64,000 nucleotides of DNA from Octopus sinensis (GCF_006345805.1 NC_043002.1:49724001-49788000), one strand, 5' to 3'. Shown: positions 1-12,095, counted from the stretch's first letter. Numbers and translations: made by a program. The notes: generated by a model from the letters alone, not told the origin.

Positions 1-373
1 GATTTCATCCAGATAGTTTTGGCTGACGAGCTACAAGTGGATTTTTTTGTAAGTAAAATACATTTAATTCATTAATAGCGAAACAATTGTCCCAAAATAA
101 TCTGTATTTTGTTATTTTTTATTTGCCCTGTCCGTGTGAGCTAACAATCGTACTGACTTTCATGGGAAACATGTATTTTTGTGGTTGAAACCTTTTGGAT
201 TAACTGGTGCTAGAGTGAGCCATAAAGTGACCACTCTCTTATATTTATTTTGTAAAAATATTATAATATATTAAAAAATTATAATAATCCAGGTTTCTCG
301 GAGCACTAGGCACTTGTGTTGAATAGATATACTATTAAATTAGTATCTAATTCTCTCACCCTTATTAATTAAT

Positions 374-405
<32 letters not shown>

Positions 406-427
406 TCATACATACATATCTATCTAC

Positions 428-470
<43 letters not shown>

Positions 471-520
471 TTGTGTGTGTGTGTGTGTTGTGTGTGTGTT
501 GTGTGTGTTGTGTGTGTGTG

Positions 521-753
521 TGTAGAAAAATACAAACTGGGACAAGAACGTAAAACATTTAGAAGACGATACAAAAAACACGGACGGGACATTCGAAGCC
601 TTCAATCTTCAGTCAAGAACCGGATCATCCTAGCTGTTAATCAGCCGAAATTGCTAGGATGATCCGGTTCTTGAATGAAGATTGAAGGCTTCGTGTTTTT
701 TGTATCGTCTTCTAAATGTTTTACGTTCTTGTCCCAGTTTGTATTTTTCTACA
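521..753. repeat. 233-bp near-perfect palindrome (fold-back/MITE-like or inverted pseudo-LTR)
   Basis: Left arm 521-634 is the reverse complement of right arm 653-753, with one mismatch and a 13-nt indel (gacgggacattcg). The loop is 18 nt. Confidence 0.9.
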
Positions 754-807
754 TATAATATATATAGCGACGTCCGTACCCTCGTTGGCCTTATGTAAGT
801 ACATATT

Positions 808-858
<51 letters not shown>

Positions 859-1435
859 TACATATAGATACAGAGAGTGGGAAAGAAAGAGATGCATACA
901 TAAATGAATGTATGCATTTGAGTGTACGAAACTGAAATACAATTCTCGATACAGATGTAGCTTATTTGAACTAATTCTCTCGCTACTCAAAGTTACTCGC
1001 ACACGCTAATAAGCGATCGTTCGAACAACAATGAGCTGAATGAACAGGTTGCAATTCGTAGCATAGCCAGTATACTTTTCAGTTTTCATTCATCAACTTT
1101 GGCTATATGATGAGTTTGGAGATTATAGGAAGTAATTTAGCAGGGGGAGAAGGAAACAGTAATGAAGATGAGTAGTTGAGAGAGAAGACGACACGGCTTG
1201 AGAAGAGGTAGGAGCAAATGGTAGGTCAATATGTATAATATATAGAGAGAGGAAGTGACGAAAAAGCATAGAGAGAGAAAAGACATGGGGAGATGCCGTA
1301 CTAGTTAGATAGGGGGTGGGTGGAGATTTGAAAGTGAAAATATGTTACAGTAAGTGTAAAGGGAGAGCGAGGGTATGAATGTTGAGCCTTGTTGTGTGGA
1401 GTATAGACTGACACTCACTCAAACAGCAACAGCTG

Positions 1436-1800
1436 TGGAGGCGCAATGGCCCAGTGGTTAGGGCAGCGGACTCGCGGTCGGAAGATCGCGGTTTCGATTC
1501 CCAGACCGGGCGTTGTGTGTGTTTATTGAGCGAAAACACATAAAGTTCCACGAGGCTCTGGCAGGGGGTGGTAGCGACCCCTGTTGTTCTCTTTCGCTAC
1601 AACTTTCTCTTCTCACTCTTTCTTCCTGTTTTTTTGTCCCCGACTTCCTACGCAACCGCTGAGCCTGGATGCGCATTCATCCATCCTTCGATGCTCTCGG
1701 TGTCGGGGGTTGACCTGCTTTCTCTTCTGCGGGTCTTACGAATAACAAAGGACCACGCCTCGGACTTCTCCCAGGCGCTCAACAAACAAGCAAACAGCCA
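1436..1800 (+). mobile_element. tRNA-derived SINE, family B
   Basis: Head gaggcgcaatggcccagtggttagggc with A box and ggtttcgattccc B box. The same head recurs at 23.7, 41.0 and 62.9 kb. Confidence 0.85.
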
Positions 1801-2602
1801 CAGCTATAAATATTCTGGTTATCAATCAGTTTTCGAAATAACCGAGGAATGCTGGTGGAATCGTTCTAATTGCAAGAAACCCAAAATACTGGATGAGGGA
1901 AATGTCAATAATTTGAATAATAAAGAATCATACACGCACCGCACTTAGGTATTGAGTACTCGTTCTTATGTTACGTCATAACTAATGTAACGTTTGTGCG
2001 TGCGTGTGTGTTCTGTGTCTGTGTTTCTGCGTGAAATGCGATACTCACTAACAGGTCACTAGTACGTAATTTTAGTTACTAAATTTAACATAAATCAGGC
2101 GTTCAAAGCTTCTGTCACTTGAGAAGCAGACTGGATTATGATAATCTACATGTAGAAATTGTGCATGTATTTCTACACTGTATACGTACATACATATTGG
2201 CTTGCTTTACCCTAGCGGCAGAGTGGCATCGTTCAAAAGCTAAAACGGGTGCAAAGTGTATTGTAACCAGCGTTGTATAACATCCGATAGTCTGGTCGAT
2301 CACGTCACATACACATACATTACTGCATTAACACACGAAGTAGTTTATTTCGAGGAGCGAAACCAGTCAGGCGGAGACTCCGTTTTCTGCATACAGAAAG
2401 ATTGTTAAGTAAGGCATTTGTTTACAATTCGTCCTGTGTGAGTGTTCAAATGCATAGCGCGCAGTATCGGCTAAAAAACAAAAAAATCTTGTATTACAGA
2501 CATAGAATCTATTCTATCGTGTATTTACATTATCCCAAAACACGCTGGTTAGAACATCAATAAATAATACACGTTCTCCCACCACTTCCTTTTTTTCTTC
2601 CC

Positions 2603-2635
<33 letters not shown>

Positions 2636-2738
2636 CTATATATATATATGTAATAAAATAGAACATATGCATATATATAAACATATATATATATATATAT
2701 ATGCATGTATACATACATGTATGTGTGTGTGTGTGCGA

Positions 2739-2784
<46 letters not shown>

Positions 2785-3349
2785 GTGTATATGTGTGTGT
2801 TCGTAATACTTACAATGGCTGACACTATCTCACTTCCCGGCAATTAGACGTTTTACTCCCTTAGTAGACAGCACCTTCCTCTATCTCTCTCTTTCTTCGT
2901 CTCTCTCACACCATAATCAACTTCTACACACACACACCACACACACAACACACACACACAGAGTCTCTTTCTCGTAATTGTCAGCACCATCATTGTCTAA
3001 CACTCCAACATACCAACACCAGTACAAACACCGCCAGCACCACTACCAACGTCAACAACATCCAACAAGACTAGGACGGAGACAGAGAAGAGATACGAGA
3101 GAAACGGACTGGTAGTTGGAGGGAGTTGAGTTTAGTCAGTCAATCTATCAAGCTGACAACCTGTAGGTTGGTGTCAGACAAATGCAGGAAACAGTCTATG
3201 CCACCACCGCTCCCTCATCACAGTATCAATCTATCTACACCACATACACCCTCCTCTTCTAAACAGAACAGTAAAACAAGAAAAAAAACATAAAAAGAAT
3301 CCACCCTGTTCTCTACAGCGAATATCCATCCTGTTAACCTCGTCCGCCA

Positions 3350-3361
3350 TCATACACACAT

Positions 3362-3396
<35 letters not shown>

Positions 3397-3450
3397 TACA
3401 TACATACATACATACATACATACATACATACATACATACATACATACATG
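3350..3450. repeat. (CATA)n/(CA)n microsatellite
   Basis: Direct reading of the sequence. Confidence 0.95.
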
Positions 3451-3590
3451 TGTGTGTGATATTTGATATTATAAGCACCAATTAGACACAAGACAAGTGA
3501 AACCTATACACACAAATATGTATTCCAGTATATTTTATCTTTGAATCACATTGGGTTTTTTTTCTAATTTTCTTTCTATATTTTTCTGAG

Positions 3591-3625
3591 TTGACAAAGG
3601 ACACCTATCCGAAACGTCAATTTCC
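3591..3625 (+). ncRNA. Decayed minimal hammerhead ribozyme motif (same family as 37986-38023)
   Basis: TTGACAA-A-GGA(caccta)TCC-GAAA-CG-TC. Stem II is intact; the core has C3>U and G8>A. Confidence 0.45.
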
Positions 3626-4790
3626 CCTTCTTTCTTCTCTTTCCCATCGTATTTGTAATTCTTTTGTACTCTTGTTGTTTTATTTTGATTTTATATTATA
3701 TTATATCATATATATTTGCTCGTGAAATAACATACACATACACTTATTCAGCCAAAAATCTAACAGCAGCTGTACGAACATGGCTGACTCACGTGATGCC
3801 ACAATATACTTTTATCATTTCTTATCATTACCTCTCCTACAATTTCTTATTCCATCCTGTATTTAATCCATCATTCTTGATTTGACGCCCATCATTATTC
3901 TCTTCCTGCACTACGTTGCCACAATATATCCATCTATCTTATATTGTCAGCAAGGTTGCATTGCTGAAAACTCAGTTTTGGGATCGACTCGCTATTACCA
4001 TTCAGTTAGTGGCACCAGTTCCATTCAGTTAGACCACGAAAGTTAGAAAATCAGAGTTTAGTACTATCTAGAATATTGCAGGCAACCTGTTCACCGATAT
4101 ATATGTGTATGTGTGTGTGTGTGTTTATGTATATGATATATACAACTTTACGCGTATAAATATGGTTGTTTCTTCGTGCCTAAAGGTTTCGTTCGGTCGA
4201 TACGAAAGAACAGTGAATGTCAAAAAACAAGGTGATTAGGAAAATTTGGATGTGTTCACTCCTGACTCAGATCACACGATGGAAGAAAACATCGTACAAA
4301 AAAATTACAGACTATCAGCTTTTAAGAAAGGATAAAATTTTGCATCCTGAATCTTTCAAAGAAGTTTCACATCGTACGCTGCTACCTTAGTCTAATATTG
4401 AACAAAAATATTCACGCTTATCCCAACTTGCCGGATTAACCATCACCCGTCTTTTTATTATTTTTATTTAGGTATGCTTTATAAATCGTATATCTAGAAA
4501 CACATTATGCAATCACCTGTCCTTTTCTATCATGAAGATGATTTGAGGGTCGCTTGACTACTATTTCTAACATGTTGGGTGACACTCTTGCTGCCTCGTG
4601 AGCTTATAGTGTATAAAGATGTTAGTCATGGTGGTGGTGGTGGTGGTAGTGTCGAAATTTTTACACCAAGATTATGCCTTCATGTAATTCTAATGGTTGC
4701 ACCAGATTTGGTACAAAGCCGAAAACAAAAAAATTGAAATAGATTGGATTTGAACCCAGGAACCTAAAGCTCTCTCTCTCTCTCTTTCAA

Positions 4791-4822
<32 letters not shown>

Positions 4823-4921
4823 CGTCGTTTAAATGAGTGCAAGAGTGTGACATGAAACTGAGTAGCAGCGAATGCATCATAAAAATAAACACTCTCTTAC
4901 GTTTGTAAGCAAAAACCTGTA

Positions 4922-4966
<45 letters not shown>

Positions 4967-5413
4967 ACACACACACACACACACACACTCACACAGGGAT
5001 AAGTTGAAAGTAAATTTACATGCTTATGTTTCACAACAAAGTGACATTTAGCCCTGACCGTGTAAATATTATACCCTGTGGTTAAAAATCATACATCTCT
5101 CACTGCAGCAAGGAATATCACATGCAGCGAGAGTCCTGTTGTGTAACCACAGGGTATATTTAAAGAACGTGGCAAGATATATGTTTACAAAACGTCGGTA
5201 TGAAAATATATTTACATCATTACAAATTATGGACAACACATTATGCGACTTCAAAGTATCGGTCAGCTCAGCCATTGTCGGGCAGTCCGTCGACGGCTTA
5301 GCTGGTCGAAACGTTGTTTGCAAGAATAATAATTTTGTACTCTACAAAAGTTTAAGAGTAACCCATTAGATTAATGTAAAATTGTTTTTATTATAACTGA
5401 ATATAAATCTATC

Positions 5414-5647
5414 CAATAATCCTTCGCCATATCGCGTAGAGCAATCGCAGTTCACCTATCGCGGTTTATTATTTAAGCTTACGTCGATTACTCCGTGGTG
5501 TTGCTTTGTATTTATGATAAAATAAATATATACAACTTATTAAAAAATATATACAGTACAGTACTGTTTCTACTTCGCGGAATTTCCCCTATCGCGGGGA
5601 TTTTGGAACGTAACACAACGCAATAGTCAAGGGTCGAGGGATTATTA
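5414..5647. mobile_element. Tigger/pogo-like MITE
   Basis: Imperfect terminal inverted repeats caataatccttcg / cgagggattatta, with repeated internal (c/t)atcgcgg motifs. Confidence 0.6.
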
Positions 5648-5650
5648 CTA

Positions 5651-5681
<31 letters not shown>

Positions 5682-6061
5682 TAATACATACATACACACG
5701 CGCGTACATCATTGCACACAGATACACACACACACCTGAAAGTAAGCACACCTATATACACATACACTTACATACATACGTCTATTCATTCATTCATACA
5801 ATGTAATTACATATAAACATGACTTTTGTGTCGAGGTCGTCTGTAACAGTTTGTTTCATTAACCCACTTTCAGCTGTTTAAGTACAGCCATTCATATGAT
5901 TGAAAGAGGTTATTTAACTGCTGAAATATTCAACAATGTATATGTTAACAGTTATTTTGTGTGAGTTTATTTTTCACCTCCGTAAATGTTGTTTACCGAA
6001 GACGTTATTAGTATCGTTATTATTTTTTTTTTCTGTATTTACACTCTTAACTTTTTACTTA

Positions 6062-6601
6062 CCGTAAATCCTCGAGTATAGTCCGCTCTTGAGTATAATA
6101 CGCAGGGGATTTTTAGGAGGCTGTACTTCTGAAAAAACTAAACCTATATACATATATACGACGGGATTCTTTCAGTTTCCGTCTACCTTCTCTAACTTGA
6201 GTCGTGCGTAATTAAACTAGCAAGTCGAACAAACACTTCCGTCCATGTGTAATACAATAATGGTGATGTTCTTAATTGTTATATGGGAATATAAATATAC
6301 TTGCAAATTGTTTTTGTTACATGTTATTCTGTTGTTCTGAATACTTTTATTTTAATAAATGTTGCTTACTGCAAGTTATGGATGATTCTTTTATGACTTC
6401 ATTGCTTTCAGACTTAGCTTAAGGTATTTTCGCGCCCGATATCACAAAATGTGTCTGAATAAACATTGCCGAACAGCAAATAGAGACTCGGACATTGCTT
6501 AGAAAATATTTTTCATTTTTAACCTCGTATATTGTACGCACTAGGGATTTTGAACTTTAAATTTTAGGAAAAAAATATGGATTATACTCGAGGATTTACG
6601 G
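6062..6601. mobile_element. Tigger/pogo-like MITE with TA target duplication
   Basis: TIRs ccgtaaatcctcgagtatagtcc / ggattatactcgaggatttacgg, flanked by TA on both sides. A small SINE-A piece lies inside (~6160-6190). Confidence 0.88.
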
Positions 6602-6621
6602 TATATTTTAAAGCCTTTCTG

Positions 6622-6700
6622 TTGTGTCTGGGGAGAGTCATATTGTCGTAATGCCTTATTATCTAACACACGCACCGGTTTGATTTCCCCTCATTTATTA
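6622..6700. mobile_element. Single diverged arm of the palindromic MITE family seen at 42861-43102
   Basis: tgtgtctgggagagtcat...ccttatt...taacacac...gatttcccctcattta matches the left arm at 42863-42940. Confidence 0.65.
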
Positions 6701-6818
6701 TTTATATTTTTTCTTCCAAAATTTTCGTTGCTTTTGTAACCTTGTGAATGGATGTTGACTGTTATTGGACATGCGTTCTTTTTTGTCTGTTTGTGCGCAT
6801 GTGTACTGGTGTATGCAC

Positions 6819-7495
6819 CAGTGGCGGCTCGTGTATAGGCACTGCGGAACTGCAGCACCCTCTATTTCCGCTGGATTATTATCCATAACATTCAATATAA
6901 TGAGTCCTTTTTTAAAATAATTTTCTTTATACTTGAACATTATATAATCTTTAAGCCTAATGTCAGTAGCTTATGAAAAAATACAAAAAATCCTTGTGTG
7001 CTTCACAGTTCCAGCGACGCGTGTTTGGCTTTTGTATGCATGTTCACATGTCCGAGATAGGAAGCTGCACGCTAGGGAGAGCACTGTGGTTCATGCAGTC
7101 TACCCCGGTGTACTGGTGAAAAGTAATGTTTCTTTTGGACTTCGCATGTGTTGTGCTTAAAAACGTGTTTATATTCTTGAATGTGATAAAGTGTAGAATT
7201 AGATTATTATCCAGCTTCCAGCTACAATGTTGCTGCCTGGATATGAAAAATAGGGCAGATTTTCCCCCTTTACTTTGTGGTTTAGAGGGTATTTTTGAAA
7301 AACAAGGGGGAATTCGCGGTGATGTTCAGTGAATGAATTAAACACACGACCCGGCAGCGGCTAAAACACAAACCGATCAAGTTTATGTATAAATTTTCTT
7401 TTTATATGTTTGTTTCCTTTTACAAAATATTAAAACAACGGCTAAACATTTTCTGAAGCAGCACCCTCACTAATTTTATCTACGACCCGCCACTG
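6819..7495. mobile_element. Non-autonomous hAT-type element with perfect 8-bp TSD
   Basis: TIRs CAGTGGCGGCTCGT / ACGACCCGCCACTG. TSD GTATGCAC at 6811-6818 and 7496-7503. Confidence 0.92.
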
Positions 7496-7503
7496 GTATG
7501 CAC

Positions 7504-7504
<1 letters not shown>

Positions 7505-7534
<30 letters not shown>

Positions 7535-7561
7535 TGTATGTATGTATGTATGTATGTATGT
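7505..7561. repeat. (TATG)n microsatellite
   Basis: Direct reading of the sequence. Confidence 0.95.
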
Positions 7562-8304
7562 AGGTGCGTGTGTGTACGTATGTATGTATGCTGCATATTC
7601 ATGTATTTGTGTGTGTGTGTGTTGTAAGTCTTTATTTTGTTTTTAGTTTTGCTCTTAGCTTAGAAACCAAAAGTCGAAAAACATACGCGCGCGCGAATAT
7701 ATATATAAACGATATATAAAGTAAAGGAAATTAAATAAAATATACGACTTCAAACATGAACTGTAACGTAACAAAACACTTTGTATATTTATTACGAAAT
7801 TTATTTATGTAAACAAATGTAGTTGGGTTTAGTGATAAAATTAGTATTTATACAGAAAATTATTTTTTAACGATATTGACCTAAGCAAAGGCCACAGTAG
7901 GATAAGAGGCGAGAAAAAGAGGACAAGAAAAACTGGAAGAGCCAATAAATTCCTATGATATTGATTGACAGAAAGCTTAAAGAACTAAATATCATAGACC
8001 AGAGAGCAACAAGACGATGGTAGTGAATTCCAAAGAGCAGCAATTCGAGGAAAGAAGCTATTAGTACAATAGAACTAACGGAACGTTCAACAGAAAAGCG
8101 ATGTGCTTGCGAAGAGAAGAGAGCTACATTTCGGTGATGAGCCTCGGAGTCCAGACTAGTAGAAAGAAGATGACCCATCATGTTGACAACTGATTCTGAA
8201 TTTGATAAAGCAAGTAATTCACTTAGAGGAGGCACCAGCGCAAAGACGACAGCAATATTCAATGCAAGGTTGAATAACAACAATAATAATCCTTTCTACT
8301 ATAA

Positions 8305-8490
8305 GCTCAAGGCCTGGAATTTGTGGTGAGAAGGCTAGTTGATTAGACCGACCACAGTACGCAACTGGTACTTAATTTATCGACTCCGAAAGGATGAAAG
8401 GCTTAGTTTGAATTCAAAACGTCAAGACGGACAAAATGTCGCTAAACATTTTGCCCGGCGTGCTAACGATTCTACCAGCTCTCCGCCTTT
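8305..8490 (-). mobile_element. tRNA-derived SINE, family E
   Basis: Reverse complement of the gagctggcagaatcgttagcacgccgggcaaaatg head plus cctttcggggtcgataaa body. About 12 copies in the window. Confidence 0.8.
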
Positions 8491-8491
<1 letters not shown>

Positions 8492-8535
<44 letters not shown>

Positions 8536-8668
8536 TAATATTTTTGAACCAGTTGAAGACACACAAGATATCGAAATATCGTTCACCAGATAACAATGGC
8601 ACTCTTCTTTTAATTTTGACTCTATATCTTCAGGAGGAGTTACCTCAATCCTTTCTATAATAATAATA

Positions 8669-8721
<53 letters not shown>
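8492..8721. repeat. Two (TAA)n microsatellites (8492-8540 and 8657-8721)
   Basis: Direct reading of the sequence. Confidence 0.95.
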
Positions 8722-8723
<2 letters not shown>

Positions 8724-9175
8724 GGAAGAGAAAAAGAAGGAAGGGAAAAAGTCGACAATGACAACAAAGAAATAATTGTCACATCGGGTATTTTTTCTCG
8801 GTTTGACATAGATATTAATTGCAACTAAACGCCTCCACATTACATTACATATAAATAACAGAAAAGAAAACGACGGAAGATCTTCGTTTAATACAAAGAA
8901 GAAAAGTATTTACATAAAAGAGTTAACATTCAACAAGCAAATATTGCTTCGATGATAGATAATCCATATTTTTATTTCCTTATATATTTTTTTTACTTCT
9001 TTTTTAATGCTATTACACTTGAAATTAAGCAGAACCAAACGAAGAAAGCATCTACATCAGGCATGAGAATCTTGTGGCACTCAGCAGATATCAGTATGCA
9101 CCAAAAAAATCATTTGTTTGCTGAAGTGATTAACAAGAGTCCCAATCGCCTGTTATGATTCATTATTTCGCAGTA

Positions 9176-9225
9176 GCTTTAACTGAGGAGACAAAATGAG
9201 GTCGAAACACTAGGTGTCCCGAAGT
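9176..9225 (+). ncRNA. Type I hammerhead ribozyme motif with intact catalytic core
   Basis: CTGAGGA (9183-9189), stem II GAC/GTC, GAAA (9204-9207), stem III CAC-tag-GTG, GUC cleavage triplet ending at 9218. Stem I is partial (gcttt/gaagt). AATAAA at 9237-9242. Confidence 0.7.
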
Positions 9226-9954
9226 CTCCTTACACTAATAAATCGAGCGTAATTATAAACACATATTTGTCTGAAAGAAGAAATTGTTCTCTATTGAAAA
9301 AAAAAATACACCAGAGATTAGCATATATCCATGTTCGAATATGCCAGAACGAATTAAGAATGAATATGTAAGTCATCGCTTTGATTCCTGCTGTTCACCG
9401 CACACATGAAGATTTTAAATGTTTCAGATTTTAGCGAGAATTGTCTCGCTCCCTAGTTATTGGACACACACACAGTGTTAAAAGTATGCGAAGGCGATGG
9501 TTGAGTAGTACGTAAACAGACGTGAATAAAGAAAGCTTGGGGCGGTGTCCCTGAAACGCTGTAAACAAAAACTGTCACCTATTGTGAAAAGTAAGACATA
9601 TCACCCCATCCCACCAAAAAAAAAAAAAAAAAAAAAGAACAAGAAAAAAGAGAGAGAAAAGGTGGGGTGGGGGTCATTTTTCTCCTTTCACAGAGTTTCT
9701 TAATGGATTAACTTTAACATCCAGTTTTGAATGACAATAACAACAAAAACACCACCACCACCACCAGCAACAGCCTAATTCATTATGTTCCCTTTGAGAC
9801 GCATACAACACCTCAACTATCTATAAATCTTGACAGCTAACCCCTTACACCCGCCCCTTCTAACCTGGTCCACCGGAACATCATCATCGTACCTACCCTG
9901 GCATCTCGGCTATCACACAGTTTGCACATCTGTTTTATTTATTTATACATACGT

Positions 9955-10330
9955 AGGCGCAGGAGTGGCTGTGTGGTAAGTAGCTTGCTTACCAACCACA
10001 TGGTTCCGGGTTCAGTCCCACTGTATGGCACCTTGGACAAGTGTCTTCTACTATAGCCTCGGGCCGACCAAAGTGAGTGGATTTGGTAGACGGAAACTGA
10101 AAGAAGCCCGTCGTATATATACTTATATGTATGTGTGTGTATTTGTCCCCCCCACCACCAACATTGCTTGACAACCAATGCTGGTGTGTTTAGGTTCCCG
10201 TAATTTAGCGGTTCGGCAAAATGACCGATAGAATAAGTACTAGGCTTAGTCCTGGGGTCGATTTGATTCGACTAAAGGCGGTGCTCCAGCATGGCCGCAG
10301 TCAAATGACTGAAACAAATAAAAGAATAAA
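9955..10330 (+). mobile_element. tRNA-derived SINE, family A, full length
   Basis: Head gcaggagtggctgtgtggtaag...ggttcagtccc, tail ...gcagtcaaatgactgaaac. About 20 copies or fragments in the window. Confidence 0.9.
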
Positions 10331-10384
10331 AATGCATAATGCATACATATGTAGGCACAGAGAGACAGACAGAGATTTATAACA

Positions 10385-10441
10385 GGATAGATAGATAGAT
10401 AGATATATAGGTTGTAAAGAATTTGAAAGGTAGATACGTTA

Positions 10442-10515
<74 letters not shown>

Positions 10516-10552
10516 TAGATAGATAGATAGACAGACAGAGAGATAGAGAGAT
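10385..10552. repeat. (GATA)n microsatellite
   Basis: Direct reading of the sequence. Confidence 0.95.
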
Positions 10553-10840
10553 AGACGCACAACACACATTGTTATCCAGGCATGACGAGTCACCTTCCAT
10601 ATCTTCTAGCTCCTTCTCCAACCTTAACCATTCCTTCACCACTCGACCGCTTCCACCACCAGCACCACCAGCTGCCAACCAGTCAGCCAGCCAGCTTAGC
10701 TTGTCCACTAACAACAGAGTTTTACTGCACACACCTCTCTTACCTGTACGTCTTGTCAACGTAGCCTCAGAACATGCCTCTCGCCACCCCTCACACTCAC
10801 AGCTATTACACGCCTGCTGACCTAGTCAGTTTGTTAAGAA

Positions 10841-10895
10841 GAGAAGGTTTGTTTTCAGAAGTCGTGCACTGTACTTCTGAAAACAAATTGTTCTC
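10841..10895. ncRNA. Pre-miRNA-like hairpin (candidate)
   Basis: About 22-bp stem (15 bp perfect: tttgttttcagaagt / acttctgaaaacaaa), one bulge, two G-U pairs and a 10-nt loop. Single copy in the window. Confidence 0.35.
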
Positions 10896-11191
10896 CTATG
10901 TCAACAGGTGAGTGGGTGGGGGCAATGTGGGTGTTAGGGTTAGAGTTGTTGTTGTTGTTTAGCCCTAGGTTAGCCGTGATCGTGCAGTGGAACGGTAGTT
11001 CTCTCAAAATCTCTTTAGTGTGTGTATGCGAGCGATGGATTCTTTGGTGTTTTGTGAGGAGTCCGGAAAATGGCTACATGCCTTGGATAGCAGGGCAACG
11101 AACCCATACACTGGCAGAAAACCTATCCCCGTCTTATAGGTTCAGCAACACCATCCAGTCTTTCAGTGTATCTAAGTTAGCGTTTCCCCAG

Positions 11192-11345
11192 TGGAGGCGC
11201 ATGGCTTAGTGGTTAGGGTTCTTGAGCAAAACACTTCATTTCACGTTGCTCCAGTCCGATCAGCTGGTAAAAATAACTAATCCTGCGACGGACCGTCGTC
11301 TCGTCCAAGAAGGAATATACACCCCCAAAGAATCGGAGAAACCGA
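11192..11345 (+). mobile_element. tRNA-derived SINE, family C (internally deleted)
   Basis: gaggcgcatggcttagtggttaggg...ttgagcaaaacacttcatttcacgttgctccagtc, homologous to 15377-15585 and 53605-53902. Confidence 0.75.
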
Positions 11346-11904
11346 TGCAATACTCCCCAAGGAGTGATGTGAAGTAACCAATAAGTTATCCCTAAGATCG
11401 GAATTATTCTAGGATCTTTTGGGTTTGAATGGCAGTTTTTTTCTAGCGGTGTCATATGAAATTGTCACCCATAATTATGACCCTAGTATCGATCTATTGC
11501 ATTTCAATCTGTTTTAGGGTTAGGGTTAGGGTTATCTTTTTTTCTTCACAAATGTAAATAAACCCAATCGGTTTCTTAAACGAGGGACATATTCATACGG
11601 CACAGTGAGTGTGTATAGAACGAAAGGAGTAAAAATGATTGCAATATAAGAGAGTAAGAAAGTGAATGGGAGGAAAACGATAGAGGATGAGATAAAATGT
11701 GGATAGACCGAGTGCGGAGAGATTTGAGTGCGAGAGAATGTGTGAGTATGGGGATTGAATGTGTAAGAATGAATAGAGCGAGTAAAGTGCAGAGTGAGTG
11801 AGTGAGTGAGTAGAACGAAGGTGGGCGACATGGAGTAGGAGTAAAAACGAAAGAAGGGCAGCATGAACGAGTAGAATGAGAAGAGAACTAATAGAATGTA
11901 TATG

Positions 11905-11971
<67 letters not shown>

Positions 11972-12015
11972 CAGACGGACGGACGGACGGATGGATGGAT
12001 GGATGGATGGAATAG

Positions 12016-12057
<42 letters not shown>

Positions 12058-12095
12058 TAGATAGATATGTAGACAGAAAGATAGATAGATATGTA
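11905..12095. repeat. Compound (GATA)/(GACG)/(GGAT)/(GACA) microsatellite
   Basis: Direct reading of the sequence. Confidence 0.95.

Noticed and set aside
1275-1295. Resemblance of aaagacatgggga to miR-71
   Set aside because: Short partial match in purine-rich sequence with no hairpin.
7867-8283. 138-aa minus-strand ORF and purine-rich plus strand as a gene or LINE piece
   Set aside because: No recognisable motif in any frame, the plus frames have multiple stops, and the hydrophobic ORF is the expected antisense of A-rich DNA.
11513-11533. TTAGGG x3 as an interstitial telomere
   Set aside because: Only three units, embedded in non-telomeric repeat-like sequence, with no array or fusion signature.
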